From the NCBI GenBank assembly GCA_963784025.1, contig CAWAPW010000006.1, positions 269,213-333,212 of the forward strand: a DNA stretch of 64,000 nucleotides, read 5' to 3'. Source of the DNA: Bryobacterales bacterium (GTDB lineage Bacteria > Acidobacteriota > Terriglobia > Bryobacterales > Bryobacteraceae). Of the stretch, positions 18,446 to 28,337 are shown in pieces. Both the position numbers and the translations under genes were made by a program. Within the stretch, counting starts at the first letter, position 1; every line of letters begins with the position of its first letter. The notes under the pieces are model-generated. The model made no database searches. It had not been told where the DNA came from and saw nothing but the letters and a program-made list of their open reading frames with translations.

Positions 18446-19822
18446 ATACACCTGCGCTTCCTCGGAATTGAAGCCGGTGGGGAAAGCAAGCCGAGCGGCC
18501 TCGCCACCCTGGAATGGGACGGCCGCGCGCTGCGCGTAAAGCAGCTCGATTGCCTCATCGAACCGGACCACATCATCCAATGGGCCGCCGACACCGCCGG
18601 CAACGACGCGGTGATCGGGATCGACGCGCCAACCGTTGTTCCCGACGACGTCCCGGACGCCATTGCCATGCGTTCGGCGGACCGGCTTGCTCATTCACTT
18701 TACGGCAAGTACCGCGCGGGACCCTCGCCCACCAATCTGTCGCCCGCGGTGTGGCATCGCAGCACGCAGCTTTCGTCTTCGCTGGCGGACCTGCGCTTCC
18801 TGCATGGCGATCAACTGGCGCCGCACAGCGACGGCCGGCATCAGATTGAGGTGCATCCTCCCGCTGCGTCGGTCCAGCTTTTCCTGTTGCCTCACATCGT
18901 GCGTTATCGCAGGGGAACCATCGCGGAACGTAAGGAGGGGCTGCGGCTGCTGCGCGGCCTGATGCTGGATCATTTTCCGCGATTGTTTCCCAAGCTGGCG
19001 GTGACCGAGCTGCCGGAGGTTCCCTCGCTGGGCCCGGATTTAAGAGCGATGGAGCATCTGCTGGATTCGCTGATGAGCGCCTACGTGGCGGCGCATTGGT
19101 GGTATTGGGGCCGGGAGCGCAACGACGTGCTGGGGGATGCCGCCAGCGGATACATCGTGGTGCCGCGGCGTCGCACGGCCGATCTGAAGCTGGCGGATTT
19201 GCGCGAGGAGCTGAAGAGCCGGGGACTGCGGGAAGCGGAGGCTGCGGCCCGGCCCGTGGAGCTGTTCAAAGCGTGGCTGTGGGAGGCTTATTCGGCGGGC
19301 TTGGCGGCTCCTAACGCCATGACGCTGGCCACGGTGGGACACGACGGACAGCCCTCGGCGCGCATTGTTTTGCTGGACGGCGCCAGCGACCAAGGGTTTA
19401 CGTTCTTCACCAACTACCGCAGCGCCAAAGGGCGCGAACTGGCTGAGAATCCCCGGGCGGCGCTGGTTTTCCACTGGGCTGAAATCGGCCGGCAGGTGCG
19501 CATCTCGGGCCTGGTGGAAAAAACGGCGCGGGCCGAGGCCGAGGCGTTCTTTGCCATGCAGCCGCGCGAAGCGCAGTTGAGCGCCTGGGCGTCCTGGCAA
19601 AGCTCCGAGATTGCCGATCGGCAATTCCTGGACACGCGGGTTGCCAGGCTGGATCAGAAGTTCGGCCAGGGCGAAATCCCGGCGCCGTCCAGTTGGGGCG
19701 GCTACCGGCTGCGGCCCGAAACACTGGAATTCTGGCAGAGCCGGTCGAACCAACTGCACGACCGGTTGTTGTATTCCTGCGGGCCGGATGGCCGCTGGAT
19801 GATCGACCGGCTGGCGCCGTAA
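18446..19822 (+). CDS. pdxH: DUF429 (RNase H-like) domain fused end-to-end to pyridoxamine 5'-phosphate oxidase
   Basis: The frame is open from 18446 (LRFLGIEAGGESKPSGLATLEW...AVIGIDAP...SLMSAYVAAHWWYW...GYIVVP), then a complete PdxH follows (LADLREEL...PNAMTLATV...RIVLL...FFTNYRSAKGRELAENPRAALVFHW...WGGYRLRPETLEFWQ...RLAP*). There is no ATG/GTG/TTG before the GTG at 18611. Confidence 0.7.
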   Translation: MHLRFLGIEAGGESKPSGLATLEWDGRALRVKQLDCLIEPDHIIQWAADTAGNDAVIGIDAPTVVPDDVPDAIAMRSADRLAHSLYGKYRAGPSPTNLSPAVWHRSTQLSSSLADLRFLHGDQLAPHSDGRHQIEVHPPAASVQLFLLPHIVRYRRGTIAERKEGLRLLRGLMLDHFPRLFPKLAVTELPEVPSLGPDLRAMEHLLDSLMSAYVAAHWWYWGRERNDVLGDAASGYIVVPRRRTADLKLADLREELKSRGLREAEAAARPVELFKAWLWEAYSAGLAAPNAMTLATVGHDGQPSARIVLLDGASDQGFTFFTNYRSAKGRELAENPRAALVFHWAEIGRQVRISGLVEKTARAEAEAFFAMQPREAQLSAWASWQSSEIADRQFLDTRVARLDQKFGQGEIPAPSSWGGYRLRPETLEFWQSRSNQLHDRLLYSCGPDGRWMIDRLAP

Positions 19823-19835
19823 GCCTGCCGCCCAA

Positions 19836-19947
19836 ACAACCGCCCGCTCACGCGCGCGGCTCCGTAACGCAAAACCGAGCCACGACCGTTAAGGGAGCCG
19901 GTCACCCCACGCAAAACCGAGCCGCGACCGTAAGGGAGCCGGTCACC
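19836..19947. repeat. REP-A unit plus an extra half unit
   Basis: AACCGCCCGCTCACGCGCGCGGCTCCGTAACGCAAAACCGAGCCACGACCGTTAAGGGAGCCGGTCACC, followed by ACGCAAAACCGAGCCGCGACCGTAAGGGAGCCGGTCACC. Confidence 0.65.
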
Positions 19948-20069
19948 CCGGGCCTTTTCAGCGGCTGTGACTCGGCGTTTTCGAGCCTACGTCCGCCGTT
20001 CGCCGATTCTCAGCCGCCATTCGCCGATCTGGGGTCGAATGGGCGCAGGGCGGCTGATAGGCTCAAAGC

Positions 20070-20858
20070 ATGGATACGGATCGTTGGGACGAACGCCGGC
20101 AGCGCTGGGAACAGAAGCAGCAGGATCGCCGGGCGCGCTGGGAAGACCGGATGTCGCGGCGTCAATATCGCTCGGGCACCCACGGCCTGTTCTTTGGCGC
20201 CATCGTGGTGGCCATCGGCTGCCTGCTGCTGCTGGACAACCTGGGCATCGTCCGGTTCCATGACATCTGGCAGTACTGGCCCGTCCTGCTAGTCGCCTAC
20301 GGCGTATCCCGCATCGTCGATTCCCGAACGGCCTCCGGCTATATCTGGGGCGGCGTACTGGCCCTGATCGGCGCGTTCCTGCTGCTGGACACGCTGGATA
20401 TCATCGTCTTCAACTTCGCCGTGGTCTGGCCGCTGATTTTGATCGCCTTCGGGATCAGCGTGCTGGTGCGCGCTCTGGAACGCAATCGAATCCCGGCCGG
20501 TGCGACGCTAACGGGAGCCCCGATAGTGGGTTCCACAGCCATTTTCAGCGAATCCAAGAGCGGCAGCGACACTCAGGATTTCCACGGCGGAGAGGCCACG
20601 GCGGTATTCGGCGCCGCGCGCTTCGACCTGCGAAACGCTTCCATGACCGTGGACGAGGCGCGGATCGATGTCAACGTAGTCTTCGGTGAAGTGGAAATTC
20701 GCGTTCCCGAAAACTGGAGCGTGATCAACCGGGCGGGCGTTGTCTTCGCGGGCGTCAACGACAAGACCATCCACCCCAAGCCCGATCCCAACGTCAAGAC
20801 TCCCCGGCTGGTAGTGACCGGCGCCGTAATCTTCGGCGGCATCACGCTGCGCAACTAG
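20070..20858 (+). CDS. LiaF-like cell-envelope stress protein (LiaI-LiaF TM region plus DUF2154-like C-terminus)
   Basis: 262-aa intact ORF. Arg/Gln-rich N-terminus, four TM segments, and a C-terminal beta-rich domain (GGEATAVFGAARFDLRNA...IDVNVVFGEVEIRVPENW). Confidence 0.7.
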   Translation: MDTDRWDERRQRWEQKQQDRRARWEDRMSRRQYRSGTHGLFFGAIVVAIGCLLLLDNLGIVRFHDIWQYWPVLLVAYGVSRIVDSRTASGYIWGGVLALIGAFLLLDTLDIIVFNFAVVWPLILIAFGISVLVRALERNRIPAGATLTGAPIVGSTAIFSESKSGSDTQDFHGGEATAVFGAARFDLRNASMTVDEARIDVNVVFGEVEIRVPENWSVINRAGVVFAGVNDKTIHPKPDPNVKTPRLVVTGAVIFGGITLRN

Positions 20859-20883
20859 CGCTGGATAATCGGACAATTTCATC

Positions 20884-21946
20884 ATGCATCCGCTGATTGC
20901 CAGACAAGGCAGGCTATCGCTCTACCTGCTGGCGTGGAGCCCGGTGGCGCTGCTGCTGGCCTATCTGATGGTGATGATGGGCGGCCTGGGATGGCTGGAA
21001 GCGGCAACGCTCAGCGTGCCGCTGGCGCTGTTTTATGCGCTCATCTGCCTGGCGCCCTGGTACATGTGCCTGGTGCTGCCGCTGGGCTCCGCGCAAACTT
21101 TCAAGATTGCCGGCAAACACCTGGCGGCCGCGATTGTGGCGGGGTTGATGTGGATCGTGCTGGCCAAGGGCCTGGGGCTCGCGCTCGGCCACTACTTCTT
21201 CGCACGGATGAACGAACGGCTCAGCCCGCAGCTTCCGCTGCTGTTCGGCATCGGAGTGCTGGTATACCTGCTCTCGGTGGCGCTGCACTACGTGCTGTTC
21301 TCCATGGAATCGTCCAAGGAAGCGGAAACGCGCGAGCAGGAGGCGCTCACGCTGGCGCGCGAATCGGAATTGAAGGCCCTGAAGGCGCAGATCAATCCGC
21401 ATTTCCTATTCAACAGCCTGAATTCCATCAGCGCACTCGCCACCGTGGATGGGAAGCGCGCGCGGGACATGTGCATCAAGCTGTCGGACTTTTTGCGCAC
21501 CACGCTGAAGCTGGGCGAAAAGCAGCGGATCACGCTGGCCGACGAACTCGCGCTAGCCAGGGCCTATCTGGAAGTGGAGCAGGTTCGCTTCGGCGCGCGG
21601 CTGAGGGTTGAGATAGACGCCGATGCCGATTGCGACCAGTGCGTGGTGCCGTCGTTACTGTTGCAGCCGTTGGTGGAGAACGCGGTGAAGCACGGGATCG
21701 CCGGGATTGGTGGACGGCGGCAGCATCCGATTGGAAGCGCATTGCAATAACGGAATGCTTCACATCAAAATTTGCAACGAGTTCGACGCGGAGTCGCCCG
21801 CAGCCAGCCGCCACGGGTTGGGATTGCGGAATGTTCGCGACCGGCTGCGCGCTTTGTACGAAAATAGCGCGCGCGTGGACACCACCTCGGCCGGCGATCA
21901 TTTTGTCGTGGACGTGGAGCTGCCTTTCGTTGAACACATGTCATGA
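20884..21946 (+). pseudogene. LytS/YehU-type sensor histidine kinase, one frameshift as sequenced
   Basis: TM region, then His_kinase motif LKAQINPHFLFNSLNSI, then [17 protein letters not shown]. The frame jumps at ~21703-21710 to [27 protein letters not shown]...[12 protein letters not shown]. Confidence 0.8.
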
Positions 21947-21953
21947 TGATGTG

Positions 21954-23615
21954 ATGGCCGACCCGCTTGCTACGGGCTCCCTCATCGCGCATTACCGCGT
22001 GGTCTCGCGCCTGGGTGAAGGCGGTATGGGCGCCGTGTACCTGGCCGACGACACGCGCCTGGGCCGGCGCGTGGCTCTCAAGGTGCTGCCCGCGAATGTG
22101 GCTGCCGACCCAGAGCGCATGCATCGCTTCGTGCAGGAGGCGAAGCTGGCCTCCGCGCTCACTCATCCCAATGTGGCTTACATCTACGAGATTGGCGAGG
22201 ACGACGGCCTGCGATTTCTTTCCATGGAATACGTGGAAGGCGAGCCGCTAAGCGTTCGTCTGAGCCGCGGCTCGCTAGCGTTTTCCGAGCTGCTCTCGGT
22301 TGCCATCCAGGTGGCCGACGCATTGGACGACGCGCATTCCAAAGGCATCGTGCATCGCGATATCAAGCCTTCCAACCTGATGCTGACGCCGCGCGGGTAC
22401 GTCAAGGTGTTGGATTTCGGGCTGGCCAAGCTGGAGACTCCGAAAAATCGGTCTGTGACGCAGCGCGATGAAACGCAGGTGATGACCAGCGACGGCGTGG
22501 TGATGGGCACCGTTGCCTACATGAGTCCGGAGCAGGCGCTCGGCCGCGAAGTGGACCATCGCACGGATCTGTTCAGCCTGGGCGTGGTGCTCTATGAGAT
22601 GGCCACCGCGCGCCTTCCCTTCCCCGGCGCTACGACGTCGGAAACTATCGCGCGCATCCTGAGCGCGCAGCCCGAGGCGATCGCGCGTTTCAATTATGAC
22701 GTTCCAGAGGGTCTGGATCGCGTAGTGCGGAAGTGCCTGGAGAAGGACCGCGATCGGCGTTATCAATCGGCGCGCGAGCTGCTGGTGGATCTGAAAAACC
22801 TGGAGCGCGACGCGTCGGGCGCAGGCGTGACGACGACTACGACAACGCGCCGTAAGTTAAGCGCGATGATTGTCGACGATGAAGAGCTGGCCCGCGCATT
22901 GTTGCGCGAGTATGTCGAATCCAGCTCGGACGTCGAGATCCTGGCCGAATGCGCCAACGGCTTCGAAGCGGTGAAGGCCATCGCCGAGCAAAAGCCCGAC
23001 CTGGTTTTCCTGGACGTCCAGATGCCAAAGCTGACGGATTCGAAGTGCTGGAACTGATCGGGCAAGATGTGGCCGTCATCTTCGTCACCGCCTACGATCA
23101 GTACGCCATGCGCGCGTTCGACGAACACGCTGTGGATTATCTCTTGAAGCCCTTCAGCCTGGAGCGCTTTCAGAAGGCGCTGGAACGCGCCCGGCAGCGG
23201 TTAGGCGAAAAATCTTCTGCGCCAGCCCCCGCCGCAAAGGCTGCTCCGACGGACTTGGCTCGCGCCGCGCGCCCTCCGCAGGAATTTCTCCAGCGCATCG
23301 TGGTGAAGGACGGAGCGCGCGTACATATCATTCCGGTGGAGAAGCTGGATTACGCCGAATCGCAAGACGACTACGTTGCGCTGCACAGCCAGGGCAAAAG
23401 CTACTTGAAAGAGCAGACCATTTCCAGCCTGGAAGCCGCGCTCGATCCCGAGCGTTTTGTGCGCATACACCGCACCGTGATCGTCAATTTGGAACGCGTG
23501 GCGAAGATCGAGCCGTACGCGAAAGACAGCCGCATCGCGGTGTTGTCGGACGGCGCGCAGCTTCCGGTTAGCCGCACCGGATATGAGACGATTGCGGGCG
23601 CTACTTGGCGATTGA
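21954..23615 (+). pseudogene. Hanks-type Ser/Thr protein kinase fused in frame to a REC-LytTR response regulator (two frameshifts in the RR part as sequenced)
   Basis: Kinase motifs [24 protein letters not shown] and SPE. The linker [12 protein letters not shown] runs straight into [13 protein letters not shown]...[12 protein letters not shown]. One shift (~23041-23046) leads to DGFEVLELI...YLLKPF, then LytTR (RIVVKDGARVHIIPVEKLDY...). A probable second shift (~23588) gives ...VSRTGYERLRALLGD*. Confidence 0.7.
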
Positions 23616-24342
23616 AGAATAACGTTTGGCCCGTGGTACGAGTTCCACGCCAGCTTCCTGCAACGCGGCGTGTCCGGCGGCGATAATCACGGTGCCACCG
23701 GGCTGACCATTCGGAGAACGAATCGGCGATATCCAGACGGCGGCCTCGACGAAGCTGCCGTTCTTTGATTGCATCGGGCCATGCGGATCGAACGGAAGCT
23801 GCCGCCCCGCCAGTTCATTGCGCGTCCAGCCCAGCAAACTTTCGAGCGGCGGCATTCCAGTGAGTAACCGTGCCCGTAGGGTCGATGGCGAAGATGGCGA
23901 GCGGGGCGGAGTCCACCAGCGGAAAACCCAATTCCGGTAAGGTCGCGATCACCGCGTTGGTCAGATCAGCGCGCTTTTCATCGGCCTCCACCAGGCGCAG
24001 ATGAACCTTGGTGGCGGCGCGCTCGGTACTGGTAGTTTTGAGGATCAAGGCCGCCACCAGGTACAGGCAGGCGCTGATCAGGTCCACCCAACCTTCCATG
24101 GTTCGGAAGCGCGCGAAGGCGGAGAAGCCGGAATCTTTCAGGATGCGCAGAGCGTCGTAGATCGCGATCAAACCCAGCAGGCCCGTAAGCATCTTGTCCA
24201 GGCCGTTGCGCTGCCGGCGGGTTAAAAGGATGCACCAGAGAATGGTAGCCAGGCAAATGAGAAGCGCGATCGCCATCAAAGGATTGGCGCGGAGTAATTG
24301 TGCCAGATACAAGAGCGGACTCCCCGGCATTGCTGCCGTCAA
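23601..24342 (-). pseudogene. Membrane-anchored PAS-domain protein, one frameshift as sequenced
   Basis: N-terminal TM segments, then IFAIDPTGTVTHWNAAA, then a shift (~23846-23850) to ESLLGWTRNELAGRQLPF...VWISPIRSPNGQPGGTVIIA. There is no output domain. Confidence 0.55.
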
Positions 24343-24511
24343 GACGTGAATCGGCTCGCCGCGCGACGGCGATTACGCCGCTACAGCTTACCTCGGTGGA
24401 GGGGTTCTACCTAGGAAGCTTTGCGGAAGCGTCCTAGAGGATAGGTGAGCTAACTGCCCGGCTCAAGCTCTGCCCGATTCGGACGATATGGATTGCCGAG
24501 GAGTTACCAAA

Positions 24512-24679
24512 ATGATTGGTCCTATTTCGTCTCCGACGCTGGCTCAACCGGTGGCTCAGTCCACCTCGGCAACCACCCAGAGCACCGGGCAGTCGAAATC
24601 GCAGTCTTCCGATGGCGGCGGAGACACTGTTCAGTTAAGCAAGGAAGCGCAAGAGAGGTCGGGCTGCGCCGGTCACTAG
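24512..24679 (+). CDS. Small Ser/Thr/Gln-rich protein; N-terminal half is FlgM-like (weak)
   Basis: GAGGAG SD lies 8 nt upstream of the ATG at 24512. MIGPISSPTLAQPVAQSTSATTQSTGQSKSQSSDGGGDTVQLSKEAQ recalls the disordered FlgM N-terminus up to the D-x-V-x-LS motif. The ORF ends where REP-B begins. Confidence 0.3.
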   Translation: MIGPISSPTLAQPVAQSTSATTQSTGQSKSQSSDGGGDTVQLSKEAQERSGCAGH

Positions 24680-24698
24680 GGCAAGCTGCTTCCCGACC

Positions 24699-24810
24699 GT
24701 GGCGCACGCACTCCTGCGTGCCGCGTTCACACTCCTGTGAACGCCTTCGAGGCCCTGGCAAAACGTATTCGCATGAGTGCGAACACGGCACGCAGGAGTG
24801 CGTGCGCCAC
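24699..24810. repeat. REP-B palindromic repeat
   Basis: GTGGCGCACGCACTCCTGCGTGCCGCGTTCACACTCCTGTGAACG...CGAACACGGCACGCAGGAGTGCGTGCGCCAC. The arms are nearly perfect reverse complements. A second copy is at 62070..62177. Confidence 0.75.
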
Positions 24811-24819
24811 AATAGCCAG

Positions 24820-25886
24820 TCAAACGTTCGTCAGACTCAACACCAGCTCTTCCATCACCACCCGGTCATCCGGCCGGGTGTCTCGCAGCGCTTTGTCGGC
24901 CCAGTAGATTTTTTCGATGGCGCGCGCCAGCTTTTCGCCGGGGAATGCGCCCACGGTCTGATAAACCTGCTCCGCGCGATCGCGCCAGATGCGGATGCCT
25001 TGTTTGGTGAACTGCGCCTGGATCTGCTGCGAGCTTCTGAGCCCGGAATCGCGCGCGGCCATCGCCAATCGGAATTGCGTGGCCAGGAACGTCAGCGCCA
25101 GCGGAAGATACTCGCCTTCGCGGAACAACGTGTCCAGGCTATCGAGCGCGCGTTTGCGATCGCCGCGTCCCAGCGCGCCCACCAAAGCGAAAATCGTGGA
25201 CGCCTGGGCGTTCGGAACCAGGCGCAGAATATCGTCCGCCGTCACTTTTCGCGTGCCCGCGGTATAAAGCCGCAGCTTTTCAATTTCGTTTGCGATGCGG
25301 CCGGCGTCGGAGGCCAGCGATTCGACCAGCAGGCCGATTTCAGAGAGCCCGATTTGCAGTCCGGCTTCCTTCGCCAGATCCTGCGCCAGCCGCCGCGCCG
25401 ATTCCAGCGTGTAAGGCCGCAGTTCCACCACCTCCGGGATGGCGGAATAAAACTTCTGCACGCGCTCCAGCTTGGCGCGGTCTTCGCCTTCGAAATCGTA
25501 GCGGGTAGTTTCGAAAACCAGCACCGTTCCGGGAGTGGGGCGCTTCAGATATGCGGCCAGTTCTGCCGCGGCGGAGTTTTCTTCGTCACTGGCCGCGCGG
25601 CCACGCGGGAGCGCGTCTCGGCGCCCGAAACCCACACCACGCGGTTGGGCGCGAAGAGCGACAACGAACGCGCGTCGTCCAGTACGTTGGCGAGCGTGGT
25701 TTCCTCCAGATCGTGCCGGCTCAACCCGGTCTCACGATCTTCCGGCGCCAGCGTCTTCTCCACCAGCGCGCGGCGGCAGGCGCCGAGTTGATACACCTCC
25801 GGGCCCAGGAACAGATACACCGGCGCGGGCGGCGCTTTTTGAAGGCGTTGTAAAAATTGTTCGGGGCTCAAAAATTGTCCGTTCAA
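24820..25886 (-). pseudogene. holA: DNA polymerase III delta subunit, one frameshift as sequenced
   Basis: TTG start at 25886. N-terminus ...PVYLFLGPEVYQL...SLFAPNRVVWVSGAE jumps (~25613-25617) to ALPRGRAASDEENSAAAELAAYLKRPTPGTVLVFE...LFREGEYLPLALTFLATQFR. Confidence 0.75.
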
Positions 25887-26416
25887 AAATTATCCAGGAT
25901 CGAAGTCACCAGGTCGCGCGCTACATCCTTGCTCAAGCGCTCCAGCGCGGCGCCGCTCTCGTCGAAATATTGATAGTTGTTGGTGGCGGAGAACTCGTAG
26001 CGTTCGTGCGCGTCGAAATTCGGGCCGGGCGATAAGATAACTTTGCCGGTGGCCCGCTCCACCAGGCTTACTGTCCAGTCTCACGGTTGATCTGTAGGCC
26101 GCTGGTTCGGCCGGTGGCTTGATCGAAAGGTGGGATAGGCGACGTAATTGACCACGGTGCCGCGCAGAACTGCGTCGGCCTGGGTGGGATCGTTGACGAT
26201 CTGGTAGCGCGTGCGCGAGATCAGCTCGCGGCTGATGGCTTCCGGGAGAAGGTCGCTGAGCTTGTAGCGTACGGTGGAATTGCCGAACGGCGGCAAAGCG
26301 ATGGTGTGGACGGTTTTCGGCACCAGGTTGGCTTGGCCGGCCAAATGATAACCGCACGAACCGAGAGCCAGACAGGCAGCTAAAAGCCACGCGCCCGGTT
26401 TATTCCAGATATTCAC
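25883..26416 (-). pseudogene. lptE: LptE-like LPS-assembly lipoprotein, two compensating frameshifts as sequenced
   Basis: GTG at 26416 follows a GGGGAGG SD. Lipobox LLAACLALGSCGY. ...VVNYVAYPTF, then frame B (DQATGRTSGLQINRE), then back to the first frame (WTVSLVERATGKVILSPGPNFDAHERY...LVTSILDNF*). Lies upstream of holA, as in many bacteria. Confidence 0.6.
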
Positions 26417-27447
26417 GTACAACCTCCCCAGCGTTTTCGGCGGCGATTTGCAGATTGTCCGCCACCATCCAGAACCACCAGGCGCGCGGCTGATTGCGAT
26501 CCTGGGCAATGGAGCCCACGGTGATGCCGCCTTGTCCCGCGACACCCACGTTGGTGGGCGGCTCGTGATCTTCGGTGCGGACATCGATGTTGCTGGATCC
26601 AAGCGCCTGGAAGATGGCATCCATTCCGGGGTTCTCTTCAAATTCTACCCAGACAGAGATGCTATAACCATGGAACACCGGCGCTTGAAAAAGTCGCAGG
26701 GAGGGCATGGGCGCGGCGCCAGCCTTGTCCACTGATGCCAGCAGGCTGGCCAAATGCCGGTCGATCTTCAGCTCGATTTCCTCGAGGGACAGCGGCGCAT
26801 CGGACCCGTATTGCGACAGCATGTTGAAACTGACCTGCGCGTCGAATACCGCTTTCGGCAGGGGCTTGAAGGTGAGCAACGCAACGGCCTGCTTTTGCAG
26901 TTCATCGATCCCGGCTTTGCCGCGCTCGCTCACCGGTTCGAAGATTTCGATCACGGAACGGCGGATCGCGCCGGCTTTTTGGAGGTGCGTGATCAGGAGC
27001 GCGATCGCGATGGCGGCGGGGTGCGCGATGGTTTGAACGGGACCCTTGGCGCTCGGAGCCGACAGGTTCAACGAAGGGCGCGCGCAGGCGCGACTCGGCC
27101 AGATCCTCCAGCGCTCCGGTGAGATCGATGACCACTGGCGCTGGCTTCGCTGCCTTTGATTTTTTCGTAGGCCATCTGGCCGGATTCTTTGGAAGCAGCC
27201 AGGATGACGACCTGCGCCGAGCCGAGTTCGGCGGCTTCGATAGAAGTCATCACCAGCGGCTCTTCTTTGCCGGCGGCCAGAATACTGGCAGCCTTGGCGG
27301 ATTCATCCGGCGTCAAAGGAAGCGACGAGCTGGATGTTCGCCGGAGTCTTGCGGGCTTCCAGCAGTTCGTGAACCTCTTTTCCCAGAAGCGTCTCGCCGC
27401 CTACGATTGCGATGGAAGTCCGGCGGCCGGTGCGATGAGCATGCATA
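26400..27447 (-). pseudogene. Aspartate-semialdehyde dehydrogenase-family protein lacking the active-site Cys, three frameshifts as sequenced
   Basis: MHAHRTGRRTSIAIVGGETLLGKEVHELL..., with shifts near 27315, 27135 and 27072. Semialdehyde-DH C-domain (...LFQAPVFHGYSISVWVEF...). The position of the N-C-S/T motif reads IAHPAAIA. Confidence 0.6.
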
Positions 27448-27524
27448 CTAACCAGTTTGATGCTCCGGCAAGGGCGATGGGGGCTGGGGGCGGAATTTGC
27501 GCCGGATGATGCCGGCCGCGCGAA

Positions 27525-28337
27525 TCACGATGCCGGTGCTGACATATAACCGTGGAGAGCGCCAGCAGTACCGGCTGCGAATAGATTCCAGATGAGATAG
27601 ATGAGCGCGCCAAACAGGATGACGGTGAGCGGCGACCGCGGACCCGTGAGATGAATCTCCTTGAAGCTGGGATAGCGCCAGGTGCTGACCATCAGGAACG
27701 AGAGCAGCGCGAGCAGGGCGAGCCAGAAGGCCGAAAGGATCCACCATTCCACGGGCACGCTATCGTTGGCATAAACGATGGCTGCCACCAAACCTGCGGC
27801 GGCGGGAATCGGCAGCCCGACGAAATATTTGCGATCCGGACGGCCCGGATTCTTGGGCACCGGATTGGTCTGGACGTTGAAACGGGCCAGCCGCGCGGCG
27901 CCGCACAGCAGGAATAGGAAGGCCAGGAAATAGCCGGCGCGGTGATCCATCAGGAATCCGCCGGGCACCACAAACTGCACGCCCCAGGTGTAAGCGAGAA
28001 CGGCGGGAGCGATGCCGAAGGTGATGACATCGGCGAGCGAATCCATCTCGCGGCCGAAAGCGCTCACCGTGTTCGTCATGCGCGCGATGCGTCCGTCCAA
28101 GCCGTCCAGCACCACGGCCGCGCCAATCGCCTTGGCCGCCACCTCGAAGTGCGGATTGGGCCCGAGTTGCCCGGTGGACGCCAGCAGCGCGCCTTCCACC
28201 GAGCGAAGAATGGCGATGAATCCGAGGAAAATGTTGCCGGCGGTAAACAGCGTTGGAAGAGCATAGGCCGCGCGCCGGGGCCGGCGCGAGGGCGGGCGCG
28301 GATCGAAGAAACGTTCCTTGAAAGTGAGCCGCGCCAT
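27525..28337 (-). CDS. pssA: CDP-diacylglycerol--serine O-phosphatidyltransferase
   Basis: ATG at 28337 overlaps the psd stop (TGATG). CDP-alcohol phosphatidyltransferase motif DGLDGRIARMTNTVSAFGREMDSLADVITFGIAPA. Confidence 0.85.
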   Translation of the reverse strand: MARLTFKERFFDPRPPSRRPRRAAYALPTLFTAGNIFLGFIAILRSVEGALLASTGQLGPNPHFEVAAKAIGAAVVLDGLDGRIARMTNTVSAFGREMDSLADVITFGIAPAVLAYTWGVQFVVPGGFLMDHRAGYFLAFLFLLCGAARLARFNVQTNPVPKNPGRPDRKYFVGLPIPAAAGLVAAIVYANDSVPVEWWILSAFWLALLALLSFLMVSTWRYPSFKEIHLTGPRSPLTVILFGALIYLIWNLFAAGTAGALHGYMSAPAS

